This document shows, one piece after another, positions 29,762-39,116 of a stretch of DNA of 64,000 nucleotides. This DNA is from Alphaproteobacteria bacterium (GTDB taxonomy: Bacteria > Pseudomonadota > Alphaproteobacteria > Sphingomonadales > Sphingomonadaceae): positions 25,881 through 89,880 of the forward strand of contig JAUHYZ010000007.1 in assembly GCA_030426245.1 (NCBI GenBank), written 5' to 3'. Numbering within the stretch: the stretch's first letter is position 1; each line of letters begins with the position of its first letter. The notes under the pieces are model-generated. The model worked only from the letters and a program-made list of their open reading frames with translations, was not told the DNA's origin and ran no database searches. A program made the translations under genes and the position numbers.

Positions 29762-29967
29762 TCGAACGATTAAACGGAACTACGAGAAAAACTTCGAAAC
29801 TTGTGCCAGATCAAACAAGTTCTGACGCAGCAATTGCATGAACTCTTGCCAGATCTCAAGGTGCATATTATTGAGCGCACCGGCGCGGTCCCTGGGGGGA
29901 AACATGACTTTTGGCCAAAACTTGTTGCCTTGTAGCCAAGGCGCAATTCAAAGCAGCTGTATCTCAA

Positions 29968-30624
29968 GTGTCTGCTAGGGCAATCGTCCATATCGTAGAC
30001 GAGAGCTATCGCAATCGCGCGGTGATCGCAAAGTCCGTGTTCGATTGCGGCGGAATTGCCGAAATCTACGAGACATTGGATGAAGTGCTGGAAGCCAAAC
30101 CAACATCAGGAGCGATCCTGGCAAATTTCGGCTGCGGAGATGCCAAGAACCTATTGGCGAAGTTGCGCAAGACCGACAATTTTCTGCCGCTGATCATGTT
30201 TGCCGAGGCGCCGACTACCTCACAAATCGTGCGAGCTGCGCATGATGGCGCCGCCGACTTTCTGGCATGGCCGTTTACAGGAGAAGACATCCTGCAATCC
30301 TGTATCTATTGCGAGGCGTTCATGGAAGAGCGCGGCAGCACGATAGTACGCCAGGAGATGGCACGAAACCAATTGGATCAACTCACCCCGCGCGAAAGGG
30401 AAATCCTGGAATTTATGGTGAATGGCTATTCCAACAAGGACATGGCCAAATTCTTGGATCTCAGCCCAAGAACCATCGAAGACTATCGCCTCAATACGAT
30501 CAAGAAATTGGGAGTGGGGGCAACCAGTGCTGCGATCAGGATCGGGCTTGAAGCGGGTTTGGGACAGTTCAGCGCTGAATTGTCCGCCAATCCAACGACT
30601 ATTGAACAGCAAACGAGCCGATAA
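29968..30624 (+). CDS. FixJ-like LuxR-HTH regulator with degenerate receiver
   Basis: GAADFLAWP, LTPREREIL...SNKDMA..LDLSPRTIEDYR; start uncertain (GTG 29968 vs TTG 29911). Confidence 0.8.
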   Translation: MSARAIVHIVDESYRNRAVIAKSVFDCGGIAEIYETLDEVLEAKPTSGAILANFGCGDAKNLLAKLRKTDNFLPLIMFAEAPTTSQIVRAAHDGAADFLAWPFTGEDILQSCIYCEAFMEERGSTIVRQEMARNQLDQLTPREREILEFMVNGYSNKDMAKFLDLSPRTIEDYRLNTIKKLGVGATSAAIRIGLEAGLGQFSAELSANPTTIEQQTSR

Positions 30625-31009
30625 ACTCTGCCCATACGCCGATGATCGCAAGAGCTGGTGAAGCGGCCAAGAAACGTCGTTCGCGATTCTCTTCGTCGAC
30701 CATGATCGCCTTGCTCTCGTGTGCGCCATCTTGGTCATCTGAAATTGTGACGTCTATCGACACAGTCGCCAAGGCAGCTTCAACGGTCTTTTCTTGGTCG
30801 AGCAAACTCTCCAACTCAGTTTCCTGGATTTCGCATGAACCAAGCGCCGCCCTTCGGAACGCCAGAGGGGCGATCTGCACGAGGTGATAGGCCCGCCGGA
30901 TAGCTTGAGCCTCGCCATCCATTTGCAAGGTCATACAATCTTGAGCAAGATTACGAATTTGTGCAAACCACAAATCCGGTTTGAGCGGCTTCAGTTCGCC
31001 TCCCCACAC
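30599..31009 (-). CDS. Hypothetical protein
   Basis: 136-aa ORF with protein-like composition filling the gap downstream of the DGC. Confidence 0.5.
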   Translation of the reverse strand: MWGGELKPLKPDLWFAQIRNLAQDCMTLQMDGEAQAIRRAYHLVQIAPLAFRRAALGSCEIQETELESLLDQEKTVEAALATVSIDVTISDDQDGAHESKAIMVDEENRERRFLAASPALAIIGVWAEFIGSFAVQ

Positions 31010-31046
31010 GCCATCGACCCCTTGCTATGTGTTCAGCCTTAGTGGT

Positions 31047-32174
31047 CTAAACGGTCGCAATTACGACTTGGTTCCTACCTAGCCCTTTTGCCTTGTACAG
31101 CGCAACGTCTGCAGCCCCTAAAGCCTTGCGCCTATCTGGAAAAGCGAAGACGTCGGCGATACCGGCCGAAAAGGTTATATGGCCGATCGGCGTCTTCGTC
31201 TTTCGGTCAACCATTCGGCGGCCCTCCAGTTGCATGCGAATGCCGTCGAGCAGCTGTTTGGCTTGCTCCAGGGTCTTGCCGCGGAACAAAACCACAAACT
31301 CCTCGCCGCCGTGCCGCGCCACGAAGCACCGTTCTTTGGTGACCTGCAAAAGACTTTGGGAAACAGCTTTTAAGACACGGTCGCCGGCATCATGGCCGTG
31401 CGTGTCGTTCACATTTTTGAAGTGGTCGATGTCGCAGAAACCGATGACCAGAGGTACCGCCTCCTTGCGTGCCTCTATATACTCGCTTTCGTAGAACTTC
31501 TCGAAGGCCCTGCGGTTGGGCAATCCTGTCAGTTCGTCTTCTTCGGCAGAGCGCACCGCAACTTCCAGTTTGCGGCGCAATGACTGGGCCTGTTGCTCGC
31601 TTCTGCCCATTTCCTTTTCCATTTCAGAGGTTCTCTCGATCATCACGCGAACCATGCCCAGAAGCTCCGAAACCGGGACGTGGATATCCTTCGCACTGTC
31701 CAGCTGCCTGGCATGTCCTTCAAGCGAACTGCCATAGGCTTTTGTGGCTTTGCGCGTTGCAGTGGCGGTCGTTCCAAATTCGATCAGATGCCGCTCCAGC
31801 TCGGCAAACTTGCGTTGCAGATCGTCGGAATTTGCCTCGGTCGGATCCATCTTGCGAAGCTTCTTGAGCCACTCGATCGTCACGGCCTGCCCGATGACGC
31901 CGCGTTCGTCGATAAGCCGCACGATCAAAGGATCGCTGTCCGTGACATAATCGAATGCAACCCCCAAAGAGAACGGGCAGACACTCAGATCGTGCTTGGC
32001 GTGAAACTCGGCAATGCTGGCAATGATGTCCGAAGACGTCCCCGGTGCAAGCAATCGGATCTGTTCGGCGAGAGCTGCAAGCTCCGACATCTTGGCCGCA
32101 GAGCCACGGCCAAGGCCAAGCCAACCCAGAACGCCTTTGCGATCCGCGAACGATTTTTGATCCTGAACAGTCAT
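31047..32174 (-). CDS. Diguanylate cyclase (coiled coil plus GGDEF)
   Basis: DELTGLPNRR, DIDHFK.VNDT.GH..GD, RHGGEEF, LY.AK..GRN. Confidence 0.93.
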   Translation of the reverse strand: MTVQDQKSFADRKGVLGWLGLGRGSAAKMSELAALAEQIRLLAPGTSSDIIASIAEFHAKHDLSVCPFSLGVAFDYVTDSDPLIVRLIDERGVIGQAVTIEWLKKLRKMDPTEANSDDLQRKFAELERHLIEFGTTATATRKATKAYGSSLEGHARQLDSAKDIHVPVSELLGMVRVMIERTSEMEKEMGRSEQQAQSLRRKLEVAVRSAEEDELTGLPNRRAFEKFYESEYIEARKEAVPLVIGFCDIDHFKNVNDTHGHDAGDRVLKAVSQSLLQVTKERCFVARHGGEEFVVLFRGKTLEQAKQLLDGIRMQLEGRRMVDRKTKTPIGHITFSAGIADVFAFPDRRKALGAADVALYKAKGLGRNQVVIATV

Positions 32175-32181
32175 GTCTAGG

Positions 32182-32208
32182 ATAACGGCTCAATCGGGCC
32201 AAAATTAA
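32182..32208 (-). promoter_or_regulatory. sigma28-like promoter of the DGC gene
   Basis: Minus strand TAAT-N14-GCCGTTAT, ending 7 nt before the ATG. Confidence 0.55.
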
Positions 32209-32238
32209 GCCGGTTTTTGACTAAGTCCGTGGGTGCAA

Positions 32239-32616
32239 TCATGCCCGCGCAAGCGCAAGACCATCGCGAACTTCGATGAAGTCATTGCGGATTTCTTCCA
32301 GCCGGGCTGCGTCGAAATCAAGCGAACTGGCGAGCACGGACTTGCTGGCGGCGCCATAGAATTCCGAAAGCGCGGCGGCCATTTCATGCTCGCGGTCCAC
32401 CCCCAGTTGCAACGCCATGAGAGCGGTGAGGGCACGGGTCAGCGAACGGCTGCGCAAGAGCGTATCCGTGCGCTGATTGGCGGCCAGCGCGGAGCCCAAG
32501 GCATCGATGAACTGATTGTAGCAGACATGGACCAGTTCGGAAGAATTCGCGCCTCTCACCCGGGCATCGAACTCCACTCGCTGATAGGCGTCATAGGGAT
32601 CGCGTTTTCGCAGCAT
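32239..32616 (-). CDS. fliS: Flagellin chaperone
   Basis: AYQRV....RV.GA...ELV; four-helix pattern; follows fliD. Confidence 0.7.
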   Translation of the reverse strand: MLRKRDPYDAYQRVEFDARVRGANSSELVHVCYNQFIDALGSALAANQRTDTLLRSRSLTRALTALMALQLGVDREHEMAAALSEFYGAASKSVLASSLDFDAARLEEIRNDFIEVRDGLALARA

Positions 32617-32620
32617 GGGA

Positions 32621-34039
32621 TCAGTCGTTCTTGTTCCAGAGAGCGACCTGCGCCTCCAGGAACGACAATGTCGATTGAGACATGCCAATGCGAGTGTCCG
32701 CGGCCACGAACTGTTTCGTCAAGCGCGCGCGCAAGACTTCCTGCTTTTCGGCGATCTTGGCGTTTTCTTCGCTGATCCGGGCCTGCTGGCTGGAATAGCG
32801 GCTGACCGAACCGGCCAGCGATCCCGGGTTGCCCGCAGTCGCGGCATTGCGCGAGATCTTGTCTATCGTGGAATAGACGCCGTAGAGCCCGTTGGTGAAC
32901 ATGGCCGCGACCGCTTCCGGATCCCTCGCCATGGCTGCCTTCAGCGTCGTATCGTCGAAACTGAAGGACCCGTCGCGGTTGATCGCAAGGCCGAGCTCGG
33001 CCAGCGTAGCTGGCGCCCCAACGGCTGCATTGGGCATGATCACGGTGCTGCCAAGCTGCGAGAGGCTGCGGCGCAAGGTGCGTGCGCCGTCATCCCGCGC
33101 CAGATCGCCCGTTTGCGGATCCATGGCTGCGGAAAGATCGGCGACAATCTCGTTCAATGCGCTGGTCAGGTCGGACATGACCGACGAAATGGCATCGCTG
33201 GGATCGCTAAACCCGATCCTGGCCGGATTCCCGATATTGGTAGCTGCCAAAGTCAGGGAGATGCCCGGAGCGACTTCGCCAGCCTTGTTGGTCGGCGAGG
33301 TCATCTCGATGCCGTCAAGTTCGAAGCGCGCATCGCCCGATTGGGCCAGCAGCCTTGAAGTGTCGCCGCCGACCGGCTCCCAGGTCAGGGCCGCCAGGCC
33401 TTCTTCGCCCGGCGTTTCAGTCGCTTCGAGCACAAAGCCGTTGGCGGCGCCTTCGGCGCCCTTGATCACAAGCTGCGCGCCATTGACCGAGGTCGCGACA
33501 TAGGCGGAAACACCCGCATCCGACGCATTGATCGAAGCAGCCACGTCGGCCAGCGTCGCACCGCTGGCGATGTCGATCGTAACCGGAGCGCGGCCTGCGT
33601 CGGGTGTGAAACTGCCGGGGGCCACTTCCCCGAAGCGCAGCGTAAGCGTGCCCGATCCCACGACAGCACTGGCATCCGCCACTGCGGGCCCGGTAAGCGT
33701 TTGCGCCGATGCGAGTTCAAAAACTTCCAGCGTGTAATTGCCGGCCGGCTCCGAGGTGCCGGAGCGGGCAACCGAAGCAACCGAAGGCGCGCTGATGATC
33801 GGAGACGGCGCGAGATCGCCATTGCGCACCCGTTCCCCCAAGGCGCCCGACAGCTGAAGCACTTGATTTTTCAGGGTTGAGGCCGCCGAGATCTTGGCGT
33901 CCAGCGCCTCACTCTTCATGCCGAGCTGTTCTATGCGCGTCTGGTACTGCGCGTCGGCAAGATTCCTTGCCAGCGCCGCCATATCGACGCCGCTGCCCGC
34001 GCCCAGAGCAGAAACAATAGAGGTGGTTGAGCTATCCAT
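32621..34039 (-). CDS. fliD: Filament cap
   Basis: SALGAGSGVDM, LASAQ, RLTKQFVA.D. Confidence 0.9.
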   Translation of the reverse strand: MDSSTTSIVSALGAGSGVDMAALARNLADAQYQTRIEQLGMKSEALDAKISAASTLKNQVLQLSGALGERVRNGDLAPSPIISAPSVASVARSGTSEPAGNYTLEVFELASAQTLTGPAVADASAVVGSGTLTLRFGEVAPGSFTPDAGRAPVTIDIASGATLADVAASINASDAGVSAYVATSVNGAQLVIKGAEGAANGFVLEATETPGEEGLAALTWEPVGGDTSRLLAQSGDARFELDGIEMTSPTNKAGEVAPGISLTLAATNIGNPARIGFSDPSDAISSVMSDLTSALNEIVADLSAAMDPQTGDLARDDGARTLRRSLSQLGSTVIMPNAAVGAPATLAELGLAINRDGSFSFDDTTLKAAMARDPEAVAAMFTNGLYGVYSTIDKISRNAATAGNPGSLAGSVSRYSSQQARISEENAKIAEKQEVLRARLTKQFVAADTRIGMSQSTLSFLEAQVALWNKND

Positions 34040-34046
34040 GATGTCT

Positions 34047-34072
34047 AGTACGACCAGCCAGAGGAGCGTTTA
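34047..34072 (-). promoter_or_regulatory. sigma28-like promoter of fliD
   Basis: Minus strand TAAA-N14-GTCGTACT, ending 7 nt before the ATG. Confidence 0.5.
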
Positions 34073-35206
34073 AGGGCTCGCCTGCGGGTCGGGCCTCCCA
34101 ATCGTATCGAAACGCATTTCAACCGGCACATTCACAATCGGCGCTTCCGGTTTTTCACCGCGCTTCAGCGAAAGAACGAATGCCAGCACGCTGGCGACAG
34201 CTGCGTAGAGTTCTTGCCGGACGACCTGGCGTTCGCGCGTGGTAAAATATATCGACCGGGCCAAAGCGGGATAGGACAAGACGGGCACATCCATGCCCGC
34301 TGCCAATTCGCGAATAGCCATTGCCTTTTCGCCGCGCCCCTTCGCCAGGACGATCGGCGCCGACGCCTTGGCCGGATCGTAAACCATCGCGACAGAGAAA
34401 TGCGTCGGGTTGGTGATCACGAACTGCGCATCGCGCATCGCCGCCTGCACGCCGCCCATTGCCAGCTCCCTTTGGCGCTGGCGCTGGGCCGCCTTCTTCT
34501 CTGGCGCGCCTTCTGTTTCCTTGTTCTCATCGCGCATTTCCTGATGGCTCATCTTGAGCCTGGTCTGCCTGCGCCATGTCTGAATCGGTACGTCGATGAA
34601 GGCGATCACGATCAGCCCGCCGGTCAGCGCGAAGAGCAGTGAAACGATTGCGTCCCACGCATGGCTGAGTTGAACCACCAGCGACCCATGCGCCAGTTCG
34701 CCAATCGTGCCGAAATGCGCAGATGCCCAGAAATAGGCAATCAAACCCAGCAATCCGACCTTGGCGAGCCCCTTGCCCATCTCGATCCAGCCGGTCGGGC
34801 CGAACATCCGCTTCAGGCCGGAGAGCGGATTGAGGCGAGAGCCCTTGGGCACCAGATTTTGCCCGATGAACCGTCCTTCTGCAAAGGCCAGCTGGGAGCA
34901 TACGGTGGCCACCAGAACGGCACATGCCAGTGTCATCACCGGGAACAGCACCGCCTTGATGATCGGCAGCACGATGCGCGTTGCGGACAGGTCTTCCAAC
35001 GCATCGCGATTCCAGCTCAGCCCGACATAGGCCACCTCTTCCAGCCCCGAGAGCAGGACCGGCCCCTGAAACTTGAGCCACGCGGCGCCGACAAACACGG
35101 CAACAGCCGTTGCCAGTTCCCGGGAACGCAGCACGTCGCCTTTGCGCGCCGCGTCCTGGCGGCGCTTCTGAGTAGGCGCAAAGGTCTTTTCGCCGCTGTC
35201 ACTCAT
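34070..35206 (-). CDS. flhB: Export switch protein
   Basis: EKTFAPT, NPTH autocleavage motif, PALAR. Confidence 0.96.
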   Translation of the reverse strand: MSDSGEKTFAPTQKRRQDAARKGDVLRSRELATAVAVFVGAAWLKFQGPVLLSGLEEVAYVGLSWNRDALEDLSATRIVLPIIKAVLFPVMTLACAVLVATVCSQLAFAEGRFIGQNLVPKGSRLNPLSGLKRMFGPTGWIEMGKGLAKVGLLGLIAYFWASAHFGTIGELAHGSLVVQLSHAWDAIVSLLFALTGGLIVIAFIDVPIQTWRRQTRLKMSHQEMRDENKETEGAPEKKAAQRQRQRELAMGGVQAAMRDAQFVITNPTHFSVAMVYDPAKASAPIVLAKGRGEKAMAIRELAAGMDVPVLSYPALARSIYFTTRERQVVRQELYAAVASVLAFVLSLKRGEKPEAPIVNVPVEMRFDTIGRPDPQASP

Positions 35207-35985
35207 CGGATCAGCAAGCTCGCACTATCGGTGACGGCGACATAGCTGAGATCGATCAGCTGCTCGAACAGCAGCGGCGCGGCCGCGATCAAGGCGGCAA
35301 TGCCGGCCAATACGCCAGCTGGCAGGCCCAGCGCGAAAAGGTTCAGCGACGGCGCCGAGCGGCTGAGCACGCCGGTGACGAATTGCACGATCAGCAATAT
35401 CATCACCACGGGCAGCGCGATTGCCACGGCCAGGGCGAACATCTTGCCGCCGAATTCCGCAACGTGATGGATCCGCTCCGCACCAAGCCAGGTCTCCCCC
35501 GGAGGAAATACGCGGTAGCTTTCCACGACGAGCGAGAGAAACTGCAGATGCGCGCCGAGCGAAAGAAAGATCAGCACCAGAATGATAGTGAAATACTGCC
35601 CCAATGCGGTCGAGCGCTCGCCGGTCGCCGGATCGTTGGATACGGCCATGCTGAGGCCCATCGTTCCGCTGATCACTTCTGCAGCGATCACCGGCGCGGC
35701 GAACAGGATCTGCAGGACGAAGCCAAGCGCCAGACCAATCAGAACCTCGCCCGCAACGATCAGAAGGCCTTGCAGCGAGAGCAGCGCCTCCGGCGCCTGG
35801 ACAGGGCTCCAGGCGCAAACCAGCACTGCGATCGTTCCGGCAATGGCCACTCGCAGCTGTACGGGAACGCTGGCCGCCCCGAAGAACGGCGCAGCCAGAA
35901 GCGCTGCGCCGATCCGGGTCATCACGAATAGCAGGCGCCACAATTCCTGTTCGACAGCGCCTAAACCGAAATCGATGCCGATCAT
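35203..35985 (-). CDS. fliR: Export apparatus FliR
   Basis: APFFG..VP, E..IG, RSAPSLNLFALGLP. Confidence 0.93.
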   Translation of the reverse strand: MIGIDFGLGAVEQELWRLLFVMTRIGAALLAAPFFGAASVPVQLRVAIAGTIAVLVCAWSPVQAPEALLSLQGLLIVAGEVLIGLALGFVLQILFAAPVIAAEVISGTMGLSMAVSNDPATGERSTALGQYFTIILVLIFLSLGAHLQFLSLVVESYRVFPPGETWLGAERIHHVAEFGGKMFALAVAIALPVVMILLIVQFVTGVLSRSAPSLNLFALGLPAGVLAGIAALIAAAPLLFEQLIDLSYVAVTDSASLLIR

Positions 35986-36254
35986 TGGCCGATCCGTGAA
36001 ATCTCAGCAAAGATATCCTCTGTGAAATCGGCCAGGAGCGCCATCATCGATGCGCCGAATATGACCAGCACCAGCGCGATCACGGCAAGCTTGGGCACAA
36101 AGGTCAGCGTCTGCTCGTTCACTGAGGTAGCCGCCTGGATCAGGCCGATCACGGCACCGACAACCAGGCTCGAGAGAAGGACCGGGGCCGCCACCAGAGC
36201 AGTGACCCACAGCATCCTGTCCGCCATGGCGAGAAGAAGTGATATCTCGTCCAT
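35982..36254 (-). CDS. fliQ: Export apparatus FliQ
   Basis: QAATSVNEQTLTFVPKL. Confidence 0.95.
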   Translation of the reverse strand: MDEISLLLAMADRMLWVTALVAAPVLLSSLVVGAVIGLIQAATSVNEQTLTFVPKLAVIALVLVIFGASMMALLADFTEDIFAEISRIGQ

Positions 36255-36258
36255 CGCG

Positions 36259-37014
36259 CTAACCGAAACTTGCTGCGAGAGAGCCCATCAGCAGGGCCCA
36301 TCCATCGACGAGGACAAACAGCAGGAGCTTGAAGGGCAAGGATATGATTGTTGGTGACATCATCATCATACCCAGGGACATGAGCACGCTGGACACAACC
36401 AAGTCGATCACCAGGAAAGGCAGGAACAGCATGAAGCCGATCTGGAATGCCGTCTTCAGCTCGCTGGTTGCGAAGGCAGGAAGCAGGATCGAGAACGGTA
36501 CATCCTCTGGAGTTTCGAATTTGGGCGCATCGGCCATCGCCGCGAACATGGACAGATCCTGTTTGCGTGTCTGACGGATCATGAATTTGTGCATCTCTCC
36601 GCCGGCGACTTCGATCGCTTGTTCGGCGTTGAGTGTGCCATCCGCATAGGGTGTGATTGCCTGGGCGTTGACCTGTTCCAGCGTCGGCGCCATCACGAAG
36701 AGCGAGAGAAACAGTGACAGCCCGATCAGGACCTGGTTGGGCGGCGATTGCTGCAATCCAAGCGCGTGGCGCAGGATGGAAAGCACAACCAGTATCCTGG
36801 TGAAGCTGGTCATCATCAGCAGCAGGCCAGGCAGGATCGTCAGCAGACCCATCACCAGCAGCAACTGCAGGGACATGCTCAGCCCGTTGCCTTCTCCGCC
36901 GCCCACTTCCTGGAAGGCACGGTCGAGCGCACCCGGAACGGCGCTCTGCGCGTAAGCGCTCACCGGCAGCAGGATCAACGCCGCTGCACAAAAAACGGCA
37001 ATGCGTCTGATCAT
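36259..37014 (-). CDS. fliP: Export apparatus FliP
   Basis: TSFTRI, PPNQVL, SELKTAFQIG, PFKLLLFVLVDGW. Confidence 0.97.
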   Translation of the reverse strand: MIRRIAVFCAAALILLPVSAYAQSAVPGALDRAFQEVGGGEGNGLSMSLQLLLVMGLLTILPGLLLMMTSFTRILVVLSILRHALGLQQSPPNQVLIGLSLFLSLFVMAPTLEQVNAQAITPYADGTLNAEQAIEVAGGEMHKFMIRQTRKQDLSMFAAMADAPKFETPEDVPFSILLPAFATSELKTAFQIGFMLFLPFLVIDLVVSSVLMSLGMMMMSPTIISLPFKLLLFVLVDGWALLMGSLAASFG

Positions 37015-37295
37015 TGCGGGTTGCTTTCGATCTGAGAACCGGCCGACGCTTCAGCCAGGCGCGAAATGCCCTGCCGCGAAACGGAGACCAGGATTTCCCG
37101 TCCATGAAACTCCAGAACGGCCAGCTTGAGCGTGGGCGAAAGCATCGTCGTTTCCAGAATGCGGACCGACTTGCCCCGTTCCCTTGCGGGCCCGCTGAGC
37201 CGGGTCTGCATCTTCTGCGCGAATTTGAGACTGCCCCAGATCAGCAAACCGATCAGCGGCAGCAGAACCAGCAGCTTGAGAACGTACCAAAGCAT
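37011..37295 (-). CDS. fliO: FliO
   Basis: N-terminal TM plus beta domain; lies between fliN and fliP. Confidence 0.75.
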   Translation of the reverse strand: MLWYVLKLLVLLPLIGLLIWGSLKFAQKMQTRLSGPARERGKSVRILETTMLSPTLKLAVLEFHGREILVSVSRQGISRLAEASAGSQIESNPQ

Positions 37296-37570
37296 TACGC
37301 CGCGGCCTCCACATGGGCCATCGAACTTCCGGCAAGCTCGACGATTCTCATGCCGAACCGGCCACCTTCGGAGATGATCTCCGCCGTGGCGATCAGCTTG
37401 CCATTAACCATAACGTCAAGCGGCTCGTCGACGAGGCGTTCCAGCATGACCACGCTGTCCGCGCCGAGTGCGAGCACATCCCTCAGCTTCATGTTCGCCC
37501 GCCCCAGTTCGACGGACAAACGCACGTCAACATCTCCGAGCAGAGCGAAATTTTCTCCACTAGCCAGCAT
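37295..37570 (-). CDS. fliN: C-ring protein FliN
   Basis: DVDVRLSVELG, NGKLIA.AE, FGMRI. Confidence 0.9.
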   Translation of the reverse strand: MLASGENFALLGDVDVRLSVELGRANMKLRDVLALGADSVVMLERLVDEPLDVMVNGKLIATAEIISEGGRFGMRIVELAGSSMAHVEAAA

Positions 37571-38489
37571 TTTCATTCTCCTTGAAATTTGATGTCTGTG
37601 TAATTTGCAGGGCAGCGCGATCGTCCAGTGCGCCGACATTGCCGTGCGCGATGACCTGATCGCCCGCGAACAGCGGCACGCTGCGTGCCACCGATACTGG
37701 GAGGACCATCCCCGGCTTCAGCATCGAGAGCCGCGAAACGGGAATGGGCATGTCGACAAGCACCGCCCTGACAAGCAGGGGAACGCCCCCGAAAGGATCC
37801 CTCGCCGGGTTAACCGATGGCAAGCGCGTGCCAGCCTGCCCATCGGTATCGGGAGTATCCTTTCCTTCGAAAATTGCGGCGAAGCTGGGGCCCGGAAAGG
37901 CAAAGGAAAGTTCCCAGGGTTCATCGTCGCCCAGCGACACCTGCAGAGGCAAAACGGCGCGCTTGCAGCTGGAAAGAACTTCCTTCGCTTCCCGGCCGAC
38001 ATCGCTGTCGCCCAGTTGGACGAAGGTCGTCTCCGGCAGGTCAAGCGATGCCGCGAGCACGGAGACCAACACTTGCTGGACGCGGCCGAACATCAGCTTG
38101 GCAGACAGTGGCAGCTTGCCTTCCGGAACCTTGTAAGTCCAGCCGTTGCCGCCAAGCGCCAGATCCACGAAGCGCAGTACGGCGCTGGTTGGCAGCGATG
38201 CAGTGAGGATGGCCTTCTTTCGGCCCACCGCGATCATGCTTTCAAGCAGCGGATCTTCGGCGCCAGCTTGGTTGCTATCGCCCTCCTGCTCGGTCGGCTT
38301 ACCGACCTGCACGGAGACCTTGGCGCCCGTGCACAGCTTTGCCAGCCGCTTTTCCAGCAAGGCCGGTAGCGTATCACCGAGCAGCTCCAGTTCCCTCAGC
38401 GGGTCCGGCGCAGCGCTTTTCCGCGCGGCCAGCTCGTCGCAATGCATGGCAACGGTCCGCTCGGCAATGAAGGCACCTTCAGGTTTCAT
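37560..38489 (-). CDS. fliM: C-ring protein FliM (divergent)
   Basis: VDLALGG motif, C-terminal SpoA-like domain; lies between fliL and fliN. Confidence 0.8.
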   Translation of the reverse strand: MKPEGAFIAERTVAMHCDELAARKSAAPDPLRELELLGDTLPALLEKRLAKLCTGAKVSVQVGKPTEQEGDSNQAGAEDPLLESMIAVGRKKAILTASLPTSAVLRFVDLALGGNGWTYKVPEGKLPLSAKLMFGRVQQVLVSVLAASLDLPETTFVQLGDSDVGREAKEVLSSCKRAVLPLQVSLGDDEPWELSFAFPGPSFAAIFEGKDTPDTDGQAGTRLPSVNPARDPFGGVPLLVRAVLVDMPIPVSRLSMLKPGMVLPVSVARSVPLFAGDQVIAHGNVGALDDRAALQITQTSNFKENENAG

Positions 38490-39085
38490 TGTACCAGCAG
38501 GCTCCGGAAATAGACGTCTTCAATCCCGCCAAAGCCTTCCGCTTCGATCAGGACATCGTTGATCGCTTTCGTCAGGCGTTGCTGCAGGCGTTCCTTGCCC
38601 TTGGGCGTCAGCACCTCTTCTTCGGGCGTATCGGCCAGCACGACGACAACTGCAGATCGCACCGCCAGTTCGTGCTTCTTGAGCCACATAAGCACACGGC
38701 CATCGCGATGCGTCGCAACCGCCAGACTGACCTGGATCAGGCCAGTCGTGTCCCGGAGATTCGAGGTAAAATCTTCGCTGAATGTGAAGTAGGACGTGCG
38801 GTATTTGCTGCCGCCTTCCCCGGGGATATCCGGCACCCCATCTTCGGACTTTTCGCCCGAGGAAAAGGCATAGGGGTCTTCTTCCCCCTTCAGCACCAGC
38901 TTGGGATTGGTGTCTTCTTCCTCATCCTCATGGCTGGCCCCGGGAAATACACCCGCAAGCTGCAGGCCATAGGCAGTGCCGCCGCCAATACAGAGCAGCG
39001 CAAGCGCAATGCCCGCCTTGACGGCCATGCCCCCGCCCTTTTTCTTCGGCGCAGTGTTGCCGTCTTCAACTGCATCTTCACTCAT
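38486..39085 (-). CDS. fliL: FliL
   Basis: KKK-TM, FTSNL, GKE.L, DVYF. Confidence 0.9.
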   Translation of the reverse strand: MSEDAVEDGNTAPKKKGGGMAVKAGIALALLCIGGGTAYGLQLAGVFPGASHEDEEEDTNPKLVLKGEEDPYAFSSGEKSEDGVPDIPGEGGSKYRTSYFTFSEDFTSNLRDTTGLIQVSLAVATHRDGRVLMWLKKHELAVRSAVVVVLADTPEEEVLTPKGKERLQQRLTKAINDVLIEAEGFGGIEDVYFRSLLVQ

Positions 39086-39116
39086 TGCTGATCATTCCCT
39101 GTTGATTGTTTGCGAA

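Noticed and set aside
29793-29810. Possible sigma54 site (TGGCAC on minus strand) after fliA
   Set aside because: No TTGC -12 element at the right spacing and no downstream gene in that direction.
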